Shown here in pieces: positions 1 through 13,500 of a stretch of 64,000 nt of DNA (positions within the stretch are counted from its first letter, which is position 1; each line of letters opens with the position of its first letter). This stretch comes from Lama guanicoe. Its lineage: Eukaryota. Location of the stretch: assembly GCA_013239625.1 (NCBI GenBank), contig MU054323.1, positions 10,881,186 through 10,945,185 of the forward strand. The letters run 5' to 3'. The position numbers and the translations under genes were made by a program. Under the pieces are notes generated by a model. That model did not search any database. It was given only the letters and a program-made list of their open reading frames with translations, and was not told the origin of the DNA.

Positions 1-262
1 TGAAACGTCAGATGAGCCACCAGGGTTTAACATTCTCCCAAATAATCAAGGGGATCATTGCCTTTGCACCTAGTGATCACAGAGGTCTCCATTAACTTTC
101 ATGCTTTTCTAAATTTTTCCTCAAAGAACGACAAGTGCCTCTCTACATAGATTATACCACACTAAATCTCAAAAATATTCCCTTTTTGTTAGATAATTCA
201 GAAAAAGAGGCAGGAATGCATATTGAGTTCATCAGTCACTATACATATGCATATGTAAGAGA

Positions 263-286
263 GTGTGTGTGTGTGTGTGTGTGTGT
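263..286. repeat. (GT)n microsatellite
   Basis: About 12 perfect GT units seen directly. Confidence 0.95.
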
Positions 287-321
287 ATCACAACACTCAG
301 TGGCCTTTTGGGGAAAGATAT

Positions 322-435
322 GTATTATTATTTCCATTACAGAGACAAAACTGCTAAGGTTCAGAAAGGCAAAATAATCTGTCTAAGGTCAAATAGCAAG
401 TAAATAACAGAGTTGGAATTCAAGCCAGTGATTCT
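322..435 (-). mobile_element. MIR SINE fragment
   Basis: Antisense MIR core pattern (tattatttccattacagag...aaactg...ctaaggtca...ggaattcaagccag). Confidence 0.7.
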
Positions 436-629
436 TTTCCTCCAAAATTTAAAAATTCCACTGAGACAGATTTGGCCTCTTCCTTATGCCTACAGCTATA
501 ATTTTGACACTTCTGTCCTTATATCATTGCCATCTAGAGGATGGGAGATGGAAAAGAACAGTTAAGAGCAAGTGACGAAAATAAAGACAGAAAGATTAAA
601 ACTGTGAGCAGAAGTGACAACTAACATGC

Positions 630-850
630 CTTGTGCACATACTATGGACCAGCATGTTCCAAAATATTTTTTATGCATTATCTCATTTAAGATTCACACT
701 AACACTATGAGGGGAAGTAATAGTATCTCTATTTTAGAGATCACAAATGGAAGTTAAGAGAGAGTAACTTCCCAACAATAGACTACATATGTAACAAGAT
801 TTGTTACAGGATGTGAACCTGGATATCTGACTAAGAAGTCCATGGTCTCA
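630..850 (-). mobile_element. MIR SINE
   Basis: attatctcatttaa...ctattttagaga...gtaacttccca...tgaacctgg...tctgact resembles the antisense MIR consensus. Confidence 0.75.
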
Positions 851-2298
851 AATCCTGGGTGACCTCCCAAGAGAGAAAATAGAGTGTGGTGGAATAGACT
901 GAGATAGGCAGAGGTGAACATGGAAGAAACTGAAAGCTTAACTCAAAAAGAGGGACATAGAGGTGGGAGTAGCAGGAGAGCAGACAGGTGATACTGGAAG
1001 GCAAGAAGACATAGTTCATGAGGTGGGCTGCTCTGGGTCACCTTGCTGATGACAGGCATTTAAGCTGAGGAGGGAGGTGAGACCATGTATCAAGAGAGGA
1101 AAGGGCCAAGTTGGGCACAGAAAACACTAAGACCCTCCTCAGGAAATTCCCAGTTACTGGAAATGGAGAAGTGGACAACTTAGTTAAGGAGGGGTTTGAA
1201 TTCTGTATAAGAAAAGCAGTAATTTAAAAAAAAATCATTTCAAATCTAGGCAGTGTGATTTAAGGCAAGACACCTCAGAACTGTAAAATCTGAGACCTAC
1301 AGGGTTAATTAAGTCAGGCATTCAGTTGGTCAAAAAGTAGGAGAGAGAAAGAGAAAAAAGGAAAAGAGGAGGAGCAGGAGAAAGAAAAAAGGTGGGAGAA
1401 AAATCAGTAAGTCAAGCTGAAGCTAGACATTAGAATATACTTACTGCTAAGACATTTGGAAACACACAACCAGAATAGCTTACCCGGGGCCAACAGCAGG
1501 ACATGCGACCTAAAAGAAACATTCAAATGAACTGTGGACTTATGTTCAGGAAACTGGATTTTAATCATAACCTCACCTCTCAGACACTCTATGGACCTTG
1601 GGGAAAACCCTTGCTTTCTCTTTGCTTCTATATCAAACTAGAAGAACCAGGTACAGTCATTAGGACACTGTCCATTCTGAATTCTGTGTGAGTCTCTCCA
1701 AGTGGCTAAAAGGTTGTATCCAAGACTGAGAACCAGAGCTGACAGGTTTTAAAGGAGACTATGAACTTCCAGGGGAACCATGAAAAGAATATGGACCTAA
1801 TATTGGACAGGAAAAAAAAAACAAATTTCTTTTTAAAACATACATCCCTGCCAGTAGACAGACTTGAGCTCTGGCTCTATAGCCTACAATTGCTGACTAG
1901 TCATATATAACATACCTTCTAATAATCATCATGCTAAAGAGAAAGTAGCTAGAGTTATTAATCAAACGTTATTAAGCACCAACTATGTGCTTGGCTTTTC
2001 ATAAGGTGCCAGGGAGAGATGTGACGTGATGTGATGAATATGATGAATAAAACAGTGAAGTTTCATACCAACATGAAGTTCTGATAAAATAAATTAAAAA
2101 CATACAAAATTGAATTCATGCCTATGCTACAACTAAGCAAAAATTACAAATATGAAACAAAAATAAAGAAAAAACTGGAGGAAAATATTGACAGACTTAA
2201 TGGGGTGACAAATTATGGGTGACTTTTTTCTTTTTACAAATAACTTTTAATAGTTTTGTATAATAAATAATAATAGAATTTGATTCCCATAAATAAAG

Positions 2299-2637
2299 TG
2301 TATTGGTCAAGATAGCTAGGTTATGTTGTAACAACAACAACAAAAAAAACAAATCTCACTAACATTGAAATATATCCTTTTTGTAATCAATATTCATTTC
2401 AGGTAAGCAGAGAGCTCTGGTCATCATAATAATTTAGGGTTCCAGGCTAATAAAGCAGCCACTATTGTGAATTTGGAGGATCTTGCACCAAAAATCTGTA
2501 TCTTCTAGCCTGGAAATCCCACATGATTCCTACTCACAACTCTGGCTGTAAATATCCATGTGGACCTATCCTATCAAGAGAGGGGCCCACAAGGTGGAGA
2601 GTCAGAAATACCTAGCAAACAGCCTCAGTGATTCCCA
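2299..2637 (-). mobile_element. ERVL-MaLR solo LTR (MLT1J/K-like)
   Basis: Starts tgtattggtcaagatagctaggttatg...taacaac, the typical old MLT1 antisense terminus; subfamily uncertain. Confidence 0.7.
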
Positions 2638-3669
2638 AGGAACTGCTGTGTTAGATAAGTGAGACCAGGTGGGGTCCAGAAGACTGGTATTACCCAGAGG
2701 AAAAATGATTTTAACTCTCCTGGGATCCACAGCCAACTGGAGAGCCCAGACACATGAGAGAACACAGCCTCTCAGTCTGTGCGTATGTCTTTGTGGAAAT
2801 GAAAGAGCTCAGCCTACTCTTATTCCTCACAAGGTGTGAAATAAAAGGCTGCACAGACACAGAAAAAGCCCTTCTCAAACACCAAATGGTGACAGCTCTC
2901 TCCTGCAACCTACAAACAATCTCACATTTACTGAAGAGAGGAGAAACAAGAGAGATCAAAGCAAACAGTTCACCACTATGCATTTCACAGCAATCCTCGA
3001 GTCTGCTGAAACACAGTACATTAGGAAAGATGGGCATGAGCGATTACTGCAACGAGCATGTGTTGGTCTTATCACTTCGTGCTATCCTAATATTTTCTTG
3101 TCTTTTTTAAATATTCTTTTTTCCCAGGGAAGATGAAGTAAAACATTTTGGGTAATTTGATTATCAGTGTAGTCTTCCTGAAAAACCTTTTAAGGGCTCT
3201 AAATCAACACACAGTAACCATTCCATTTAGTTATTTCTGACTTTCAGCCAACATGTTAGTGACCTGGCCTGTGACTTTTAGTGGCATCAAGGAGAAGGCT
3301 TTGGTATCTCAGAACCTAATCATGTCTATGTGATGGATCAGATCGATCCTAGGCAAATCAACCTCTGAGCAATGGATTACAACTAACTGACCTGCTCCAG
3401 TTGTCTTAATGATCAAAATAACATACAATTCCCACTGGCCAGCCCTATCTGATCCATCATTTCACATCTGCATTGTCCTGCCTGGCCCTCTATCCCTGTC
3501 TTTCTTTTTTATCCAGACTCAGGGGTGACTGAACCCCTTTAACTGAGTCCTACCCAGATGCAGAGACGAATCTTGGTTCTATTTAGGAGAAATTAAGATC
3601 AGACGGTTTAGCATCAATTGTCTTTCAAGCTAATCACTTTGAATTCTATTTCATATTACTGATATTTTT

Positions 3670-4130
3670 GTCTTGCCCCTGTGACCAAGCCATACTTTAT
3701 CCCTAATTTCTTAAGGGCTGAGCTTAGCCTTGTTCTTACAGGACCCTCTCCCTAGTGGAGAGGGAGCCTCTGAAGTCTGCTCTCCACTGACTGGCTTCTC
3801 CAAGCCAATCTCTCGCTGGCCCAGCTGTGTGTATCCTAGTTCCCAGTCTTCTCTCCCAGGGATGTAACTAGAGATGCCCATTTTCCTCCTTTCCCCCTTC
3901 TTCTGATTGGGTCCACAGCCAAAACAGAGCATTTCTTATTATCACATTGTATCACGGGCCATGACCATGGTTGATTAGACCAGAAGTGAATACCTGACTC
4001 TAGAGAGGCCAATCTCCAGGCTAGGTTAAGCCGATCAGCTTCCCTCTCCAAAATTTGAACTAGAAAGCAGAGACTCTGGAACTGACATGTGAGTCATTAA
4101 TAGCGGGCACTAGAAGTAAAAACTTCCCTA
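3670..4130. mobile_element. Old ERVL-type LTR remnant (family uncertain)
   Basis: Motifs such as ggccatgaccatggttgatt...cctgact...ggccaatc recall old ERVL/MaLR LTRs. Confidence 0.45.
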
Positions 4131-4191
4131 AAAACTGGTTTCCTTCAGATCTGTGACCTTGCGATGAACACCTCACTTTTTAAGAAAATTT

Positions 4192-6021
4192 CAGATGTAC
4201 TCCAGGAGGCAAAAGGTATGCTGAAAACTTTAAGACACTGATGAAGGAAACTGAAGAAGACACAAACAAATGGAAAGATATACTGTGTTCTTGAATTGGA
4301 AGAATCAATATTGTTAAAATGGTTATACTGCCCAAGGCAATTTATAGATTCAATGCAGTCCCTATCAAATTACCAATGACATTCTTCACAGAGCTGGAAC
4401 AAAAAAATGTTAAAATTTGTATGGAAATACAAAAGATCCCAAATAGCCAAAACAATCTTGAAAAAGAACAGAACTGGGGGAATCATGCTCCCTGACTTCA
4501 GACTATACTACAAAGCTACAGCAATCAAAACAGTATGGTACTGACACAAAAACAGACACATAAATCAATGGAATAGGATAGAAAGTCCAGAAATAAACCC
4601 ATGCACTTATGGCCAATTAATCTACAACAAAGGAGGCAAGAATATACAATGGAGAAAAGATCGTCTTTTCAATAAGTGGTGCTGGGAAAACTGGACAACT
4701 ACCTGTAAAAGGCTGAAATTAGAACATTCTCTAACACCATGTACAAAAATAAACTCAAAATGGATTAAAGACCTAAATGTAAGACCAGATACTATAAAAC
4801 TCCTGGCACAAAACATAGGTAGAACACTTGCAGAGATAAGTCACAGCAATATATTTTTTGAAACAACTCCTGGAGTATTGGAAATAAAAGCAAAAACAAA
4901 CAAATGGAATCTAATTAAATCTAAAAGCTTTTGCACAGCTAAGGATACTATCAACAAAACAAAAAGACAACCTACAGAATGGGAGAAAATATTTGCAAAT
5001 GATGCAACTGACAAGGGACTAATTTCCAAAATATACAGTTTATACACCTTAATATCAAAAAAACAAGCAACCCAACCCAAAAATGGGCAGTAGACCTAAA
5101 CAATTTTTCAATGAAGACCTACAAATGACCAAAAGGCACATGAAAAAATGCTCAGCATTGCTAACTATCAGAGAAATGCAGATCAAAACTATAATGAGAT
5201 ATCACCTCATACCAGCCAGAATGGCCATCACTGAAAAGTCTACAAACAATAGATGCTGGAGAGGGTGTGGTGAAAGGGAACTCTCCTACACAACAGTGGT
5301 GTAAGTGTAGATAGGTGCGGCCACTATGGAGAACAGTATGGAGGTTTCTTAAAAAACTAAAAACAGACTTACCACATGATCAAGCAATCCCACTCCTGGG
5401 CATATATCCAGAGAAAAATAAAATTCAAAAAGATGCATGCACCCCAATGTTCATAGCAACACTATTTACAATAGCCAAAACTCAATAACTCAATGAAATA
5501 ACTCAAATGTCCATCAAGAGATGACTGGATAAAGAAGATGTGGTACATATATACAATGGAACACTACTCAGCCATAAAAAAGAATAAAATAGTGCCATTT
5601 GCAGCAACATGGACAGACCTGAATATAGTCATTCTAAGTGAAGTGGGCGAGAAAGAGAAAGAAAAATGCCGTATGATATCACTTATATGTGGAATCTAAA
5701 AATAAAAATAAAAAATAAGGACACAAATGAACTACTTACTTATAAGTTAGATGATAGATTTCTTGAATATGTGTAAGCACATGTGACTGTCCTTTATGAT
5801 TGGATTACCTCATTCTGTTGATTCTTATTTGTGGTTGGCTCTATTCCTTCAATAAACTAAAAAGCTAAAGCTATAATCTGTTCTTAGAAACAATGATCAG
5901 TACACAAATATAAACTAAAAAATGTGCAGTATATTGAATATATGTATTTACATGCAATATAATGTATATGTGCAGTCAAACTGTAATAATTGTACCTAAT
6001 AAAACTGAAAAAGGGGAAAAA
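4192..6021 (+). mobile_element. 5'-truncated lineage-specific LINE-1 (ORF2 C-terminal part plus 3' UTR with atypical tail)
   Basis: ORF2 remnants ([50 protein letters not shown]). AATAAA near 5998 and an A-rich end. 10-bp TSD aagaaaattt at 4182-4191 and 6022-6031, following a TTTT/AA endonuclease site. Confidence 0.95.
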
Positions 6022-6782
6022 AAGAAAATTTTGGGTGGACTTTGCTCCTGACAAATCAAACTAAGATAAGCTCGGACACTTGCCCTTTTCCTCTCACTGG
6101 TCCTCCCTGGAACTGACTCCTTGCATAGGTCTGACCTAGACATGTTCTCTACACCTAAGAGTATCTTGACCCCAGCACAACTCACCCTGCTATCCAGGAA
6201 TGACCTGGGTTACTCCAATAAGACTTAGCACCAGAGTCCTCTGCTTTCACTACTGTTCTGTGAACTGAGTACCCAGGTGGATTTGGCCAGCACTGCAGAA
6301 ACCTAGATCTAAAAGGACCATATTTCCAAAGCCACAAATCTGGATATGTGGTCTGATCTGACCTCTGTGTACAGCAGGTTTTCACATATGAGGCAATCTG
6401 GATGTTGCAATGTTCATATTTTGCAGATATTTCAAGGTTTTATAGAAAATAGTTACTTCATGCTGATTCAAAGCATGCAGGATGCAAGGTTATAATACCA
6501 ATGACCAATACTTGGGCCCCCTGCACATGACAGCAGTCCTATAAACAGGGAGAGCCATCTAGTTTCAGGAATAAAGAGGCTTTTTTGTACCTCCCTCCCC
6601 TTTCCAAGTTTCAAATCCTGCCTGATGGTCCCTGGTGGCTTAGCAGCCTCAGTATGGCCAAGCTAGTCATTCGCGCTCTGCCAAAACAGACCCTCAAATG
6701 TCCCACCAGTCTCATATCCCAAAGCCAACCTTGATAAGCTCTGGAGCCTTACCCATTACTTTGAGCAGAAAGTGTCCACCAA

Positions 6783-7273
6783 TGTTAACAAGCCTCAAAG
6801 GTGACCCCTCTCCTATTATGTGCACCCTTGTGCATTGCCCTCCCACACTGAATAGGGCTGACCAGCGTCACCAATAGAATATGTGGAAATGATACTGTGT
6901 AACTTGAGTCTGGTCACTGTGGCTTTCTTGGATCACTTGCTGTGGGGGAAGCCAGCTGCCATGTTGTAGGGATACTCAAGAAGCCCTATGGAGAGATCCA
7001 CAGGACAAAGAACATGGGATTCCTGCCAATAGCTAGCCCTAACCTGCCAGACATGTGAGTAAGTAGTTGCCCTAAAAACAGATCTTCCAGCCCCGGTCAA
7101 GCCTTCAGATGTCTACAGGCTCAGCTGATATCTTGACTGTAACTTCATGAGAGACCTGAGCCAGACTACTTATTTAAATCAAATTCTTGACTCACATAAC
7201 CTGTGAGATGATGATTATTATTATTATTTTAGGTTGGACTAATTTGTTAGTCAGTAATGCATAACAAATATAC
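6783..7273 (+). mobile_element. ERVL-MaLR solo LTR (MLT1F-like)
   Basis: gggggaagccagctgccatgttgt...ccccggtcaagccttcagatg...catgagagacctgagccaga are MLT1E/F/G-type motifs. Confidence 0.85.
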
Positions 7274-7539
7274 CACCCCTTCTAATTTATTAGGTTCCAC
7301 TGTCTCCCCTTTTACCTGCTTCCCCAGCCAAGTCATGCCATTGCAGGCTGACTCACCGCAGCTGGTGCTGCCTGTGCCCAAACATCCACCAAGGTAAGGT
7401 CTGTTCATCAACCAAAGTAAGGTTCATCTAGGAACCAAGGGCAGGATGCCACTCAAAAACACTTCACTGTTCTATCAGCACCTATAACAGAAGCTACACA
7501 TCCCCTTTTAGCCCTGGGAATGAATCCTTCCTATTTTTT

Positions 7540-8200
7540 TCTTTCTTTTATAGCACTTTCTTTCTGATTATAAAAGTGATATATATTAATCATAGGAAAT
7601 TAGGAAAATTCAAACATATATTAAAAGGAAGTTTAAAAAACCCATAGTCTCACCAACCAAAAATAATGACTCAAAATTTGGGTATACTTCCTTCCTGTAT
7701 TGTTTAAACTACCACAATTTGGTTCATGCAAAGTCATATTCTGTGCTATTTTTTAACAACATTAGATTATAAGCATTTTCCCACATCACAGAACATTCTT
7801 GGGATTTGTGATTTTTAATGGCTGTATAGAATTACAATGTATAGATGTACCTACCATAAGTTGTTTAACCAGTCTTTATCTTTGAATGTGCTTGTTATAA
7901 ATAATGCTGTGACAAGTACTCATACATCAATCTTAATCCAAGACTGATTAATTCTATAGCTCATAAATCTGTTTTCACTTCAATTCATTTCTTTAGCTCT
8001 TTTAAGTTTCTTTGTTAAAAAATGGAACCACTAACACACACACAGAATTGAAAAATTACAAAAGGTTATGCAGTGAAATCACATTTTTCTCCCACCAGGG
8101 TTCCCTGGTCTTCCCAGCGTCTTCTTCCAGAGGCAACAATTTTTACCCATTCTAGGGTATTCATGCAGAACTCCTCTCTGCATATACAATCACATATGTA
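7540..8200 (-). mobile_element. Old L1M (L1ME-like) 3' fragments
   Basis: T-rich antisense L1 3' motifs (ttttaatggctgtatag...ataaataatgctgtga). Confidence 0.6.
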
Positions 8201-8205
8201 TAGAA

Positions 8206-8445
8206 CAGTGGTTCTCAAAATATGGTCCACAACCCCCCTGGGGGTCTTCAAGACTCTTTCATGGAGTCCATAAGGTCAAGACTATTCTCATAATATCAAG
8301 GCATTATTCACCTGCTTCACTTTTGTTCTATCACAAGTGTACAGTGGAGTCTTCCAGAGGCTGCATGACATGTGATCACATCAACACTTTAAAAGCTAAT
8401 GGAATGTGTGCTTGTGTATTCTTGGGTTTTCTAGAATTTTCTAAG
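8206..8445 (+). mobile_element. hAT-Charlie DNA transposon fragment (MER119/Charlie-like)
   Basis: TIR-like start cagtggttctcaaa followed by ggtcaagactattctcataat...gtgtacagtggag...ccagaggctgcatgac; interrupted by the L1 at 8465. Confidence 0.75.
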
Positions 8446-8464
8446 ACAACTGAGGAGCCCTGAG

Positions 8465-8945
8465 TATGTATACAATGGAATACCACTCAGTCATAAAAAA
8501 GAATAAAATAATGTCATTTGTAGCAACATGGATAGCCTAGAGATTATCACACTAGGTAAATCAGAGAAAGACAAATATCATATGATATCACTTATATGTG
8601 AAATCTTTAAAAATGCTACAAATGAACTTATTTACAAAACAGAAAGAGACTCACAGACATAGAAAATAAACTTTTAGTTACCAAAGGGGAAAGAAGGTAA
8701 GAGGGATAAATCAGGAGTTTTGGATTAGCAGATACTAACTACTATATATAAAATACATCAGCAATAAGTTCCTACTGTATAGGACAGAGAAATTACATTT
8801 AATATAACCTGTAATGGAACAGAATATGAAAGAGAACATACAGATATATGTATGTATGTATAACTGAATCACTATGCTGTACACCAGAAAGTAACACAAA
8901 CTTATAAATCAACTATACATCAACAAAAAATAAAAATAAAAAAAT
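8465..8945 (+). mobile_element. LINE-1 3' end, cetartiodactyl-type UTR with A-rich tail
   Basis: caatggaataccactcag...gaacttatttacaaaacagaaa...gctgtacaccagaaa...aactatac then an A-rich tail. Confidence 0.93.
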
Positions 8946-9413
8946 AATTTCAGATCACCCAATCAATCATTGTTGCCCCTATCCTGCACCTGCCAGACAA
9001 TGTATATTATGTGCATCTCAAACTGGAGGAATGAGTCTGTTGTCTAGAATCAGGTGGTAAACCTTGGCCTGAGGACCAGGATAAGATATTTTTTAATGTT
9101 CTCCTCTAAAGGGGATTACCCTAAAGAAGGTACTACACAAATTTCAGTTTAAAGTGCTGAGTGAGTTAATACTGAGGCCTGACTAATGTTCAAGGAATAT
9201 TTAAGGAAAGGATATCATGCCTGCAAAATCTTAAAACTCAAACCTATTTATACACCACTGATCTCTTCCCTGAGCCCCCAAAGTCCCTGCCTGTCTCTGA
9301 GTCACAGAGCATATCTGAGCCCTAACCTCATAGTCATTTCAGACACACTCTCTTATCCTGACCCCAAATCAGTTAATGCCACCCCTGTGCAGGCTATAAA
9401 CTAAACTTCACAG

Positions 9414-9529
9414 CAGTATTTCCCAAAGAAGGTAAGAACATTCTGGGATGCTTGCTTAAAACTTTAGAATCCTGGCCTTCACCCAAGACCTCCTGATTCC
9501 TTTGCACACCAACATTTGAGAAGTTATAG
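9414..9529. mobile_element. MER5-like hAT MITE remnant
   Basis: cagtatttcccaaa...tgcttgcttaaaa...gattcctttgcacac...tttgagaa pattern. Confidence 0.55.
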
Positions 9530-12362
9530 TTCCATCACTGTTACAAGAGCTGATGGCATTCTCTCCAGGGCCTAGGAGGTCCAACCCTTCTTTCTCAAAT
9601 CTTCTAGTCCAACTTAAATTATCAGGCTGTTCCTAGAATTATATAAGTGTGCTCTAATGACCCTAGGGGAAACAAACACTATTTCTAAACTATCTTGACC
9701 TAGAGTCTTCAAGGGTTCCCATGCATTTATGGGAAGACAAAGACATGCAAATCACTCCTGGGTAGATTCTAATGAACATTCTGAAGGAAGTGGATAAGAC
9801 ATGTCCATTAAACTCAGAACTAGATGAGGTAACCTAGAACCTTCTTTAGAGAAATCAGCCATTACTTGGATGGTATGAGAAACTATATGACAATGAGATC
9901 TCTCCAGTCATAGAGGGCACGTGCCCAAGGCTTGCTCTGTATCCTCATATCCATGGAACAACCTTGCCTCTAATTCTGCAGCGTCTTAGAACCAGGCCTG
10001 CTCCTGAACTGCCTCAGGTATTAAGTCTAACAGGAGCCAAGAGGCATCTGCTGCACTACCTGGTTGCCCATCACTGATCTGCTGGCTCCCATTTTTGTAG
10101 GAGAGGGTTGGTTGCTCTGCCCTCTTCCTGATTCCTCTTTCCCCCCAAAGTCTGTTGAAGCTGAGCAGGTCTCACCTGCAGCCCGCCTGAGTTACGGGCA
10201 CAGATAAGGACAAGAAGCCCTGTAGATGAACAGCCATATCTACAAGCTGTCTACTGCTTACATTCATGGAGTCAGGGCCACTTTGGAAACTGGCCCTCGA
10301 ACACTGAGGAGACCCAAAGGCAGCTCCTGTGGTTAGAGTCAAGGGTGGTGAGAAGTGGCAGAACTGCTGAACTGCTTTTAAATTTTTAAGAGAAGAGTAA
10401 AGAAGCTCAGCAAATTAGGGAACTGTCCCAATGACATGCCTTCCAGGGCCTCTGGGGATTCTGCTAATGAACCTCCAGTAGCATCACCAGTTACTTGCCT
10501 GCAAGTCATACCACATCAAGGCAGGTTTGCAGGTACCCGAATGTATGCCTGACCCATTGAGGGAGCCCATCTGGTGAGTTTAGCTTCTATCTCCAGCAGC
10601 ACGACATAATGAAGGAAGCTCCTTTGAGGGAAGCAAAGCAGTTTTCCAGCCTGTCTCACATTCCTTTACAGCAGTGATCTTCAAAGCCTGGCGAATGCAA
10701 GCGGTCTCCCTTCCTTCAGAGAACAATGAGACTTTTTATAGACTTTCATCATGGCGTGGGATTCTGGGCTACTAAGTAACAACTTAAACTGAGTTATCAA
10801 GGTTACTAAATGTTGGCATTCATACATTAAAAATGGCTCATTATTAAGAGTTTGCAAAGGAGTTTAATTCCGGGTCCACTAAAAAAGTGAGGATGCCTTG
10901 CAAAGCCTGGCCCTGTTTCCCAGCTCCTGCTAACTGTGAGTGCAATGCTTAGAGGTAGTAGTACTCCCAACAATCTTGAGGTATTTGGTCTTCTTATTAC
11001 CAGGTCTTCAGTGCTATTGTGAGTTGCACTCACAATGAATATAACACTCCAGGTGATTCTTACTAGCAATATGATTACCACACTACTGTGAACTGGTGAA
11101 GTTTTCAAGAGCTGCTAATTTTGATTTTTCAAAAGATAAACTGCTGTTCATTTAGCTTCATTCATACCAATTTAGAGCATTATCAATTATTTGGCTAACC
11201 CTATGGTATGTAGTGATATACGGTTGCATTTACAGCATTTGGGGCCCATAATTTTCCAATAATTAAAGTTTAATATTAATCATCTATATCCCTGTGCTAA
11301 TTTGCTTTTATAAGGCCACAATGCGTTATGTGCTGCCTGTGTATTTGTGCCATTGGAATAACTTGAGCCTCTGTCAAAGAATGTGTGATAAAATCACTGG
11401 GTTGTTTTATGATCACAGGGCACTGTTAAAGCATATATAGACTTGTACACACTCACTTTCATCTTTTACAATGTGAATAGTAGGCAATATGTATTTCTCA
11501 CTAGCAACAAATTTATCACAGTTTGCTAATTTTGTCTTTCTCCAATCCTTTTTTATCCTCTCTAACTCTTATCCATCACTGAAAGAGGGGATGGGTGGGC
11601 CATCGAGTCTTTTGCCTCACGCAATTGGACTATGGTCAAAAGCACTTAAGTACTATAGGGGTTGGAAGGGGTACTGCTGGGGAGGCCCATGGATAAGGGT
11701 CCAGGCCCCCATCACTTCATTAAAGCACAGCACTTTGCCTCAAATCTGAGCACACACTTGAGTTTCTATGTTTGTAGAAAGAATCCTGCTGTCAAAAAAT
11801 ACTTGAAGTCTCTGCACTACACTTTCCTATTTATTCAATACCACAGCCATTTAAAACAATGCTTGAAAAAAAAAGAAAACACTACCTTGTTAGTTGTAGG
11901 AGTTGCTTTATTTTAAGAAAAGGAACAAAAAAATGAATAGTCAGAGCAATGGGGAAAAAAAGGTAGAACTAGGTATAAAAGGTTTCATTCAGCTCAATTT
12001 AACCTAGCAAAAGCAGTCAGCTGGGTGGTGGGAGGCAGTGGGGTAGGAATGATGCTGAGATTAATGAGATAAGATCTTAGACTTTTTGGTCCAAGAAAAC
12101 AATTAGAGAAGTTCAAAACTGACTATGATATAGAAAAGATAGATGCAAAGGGCATGGAGGAGGGGATAGTCCAAAGGAGAAGGAATCATTTTAATTGTGA
12201 AGGCCAAGAAAGGAAGCTCCTCCTCCAACCCCAGGTTGGCATGACTTATTCACTCATTCTACTGAAATTTACTGAGAAGACATTTGGCAAGGCTAAGGAA
12301 AGGATACCAGGGGCCAGGGATGCTCTTGTTCATCTTGACAACAAGGAAAGTGATTTAACATA

Positions 12363-12510
12363 AGGCTTCTTAAACTTGATTGTGCATGCAAATTACCTGG
12401 TTGGGGGGCATGGTTCTTGTTAAAAAGCAGATTATGATTCAGCAGGTCTACAGCTGGCCTGAGATCCTGCATTAATGCTGCTAGTCAGATACTTTGACCA
12501 ATGGGATCTA
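12363..12510. mobile_element. MER5A hAT-Charlie MITE
   Basis: ttcttaaacttgattgtgcat...cttgttaaaaagcagatt...gattcagcaggtct...ggcctgaga...tgcatt. Confidence 0.75.
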
Positions 12511-12562
12511 AAATAACGTGCCACAGTCAGATGTTAGTAATACATTATAAAGCATTAATATC

Positions 12563-13500
12563 TGTGACAAGTATTGCTACTTGCCTGCCCAATATCCATT
12601 TTCATTATATTTTACAATGAGAGTTCCAGTTTTGCTTAGCAGGATAATATGCTCAGCTAAAACTGTTCAGTTCCCCAGTATTCACTGTTGTAGGAGGGGG
12701 TGGGGGAAACATAATTCTGACAAAAGAGGTACAGCAGAACTTTCTGGAGAAGGTATCCCTTCCTGTTTAAAATGGCAAAACCTCTAATGGAGAAGGTCTT
12801 GGTCTGTCTTGGCTTTTGGTGTTTTCTCCTTTTTTTCTGGCTGAAACATGGACCTAAAGCCTGGAGCGGGCAGCAGCTCTCTCGCCACCATGACACTGAA
12901 ACCACAGACTCAATATGGAATAGCTGGAAGCAGTAGCCTGGGTCCTTCATGCTTTGCGGACTGTACCTACCTGCTGTTACTTTGGTGTCTAGGTTTGGGT
13001 TTCCCCGGAAACCCTGAGACAAGAATTCAACTGTAGTTTATTTGGGAAGTAATCCCAGGAAACACCAGTAGGAAGATGAGAGGTGACACAGGTAGGGGAA
13101 GGAAGCCAGAAAACGGTGTGTCACCAATCCAGTCACCACAGTGGGAAACTGGAGCTCGGTCTCACTGGGGAAGTCCAGGAGACCATATAGAACACATACT
13201 AGAATTATCCTACCAAGGAGAGAGGGGGTTGGAGAATGCAGACATAAAATCCCATCCATCCTTGAGGGAAAGCTGTTTCTGCAGGGTGTTAATTCTCCAG
13301 CACACTGGCCTGTTCTGTGTACAGGCCAAACATACTCCCACAGCCTGAAAAAGCCCTAGGACCAAGACTGGGGCTATTTGCAGAAGCAGTGAGAAGCCTA
13401 TCGACAGGTATCGGTGGGGTACCAGCAGCATCTGCTACACTTGGTAAAACTCAATCCAGATACTGTTACCCTAGACAAACACAATTCTAGCTAAAAACCA
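12563..13500 (+). mobile_element. ERVL solo LTR (LTR33-like), split by the LTR16 at 12986-13439
   Basis: tgtgacaag...cccaatatccatt...ctggagcgggcagcagc...accatga...ctgggtcctt...ctgtacctacct motifs. Confidence 0.6.
12986..13439 (-). mobile_element. ERVL solo LTR (LTR16C-like)
   Basis: TG...CA termini (tgtctaggtttggg...agcatctgctaca); ccctgagacaagaattcaa...tttatttgggaagtaatccc motif; near-perfect 5-bp TSD tttgg/cttgg. Confidence 0.85.

Noticed and set aside
2711..3110. Overlapping 108-aa and 118-aa ORFs
   Set aside because: No recognisable homology or exon structure.
10827..11108. Hydrophobic 93-aa minus ORF
   Set aside because: Non-ATG start and no family match; composition is explained by AT-rich DNA.
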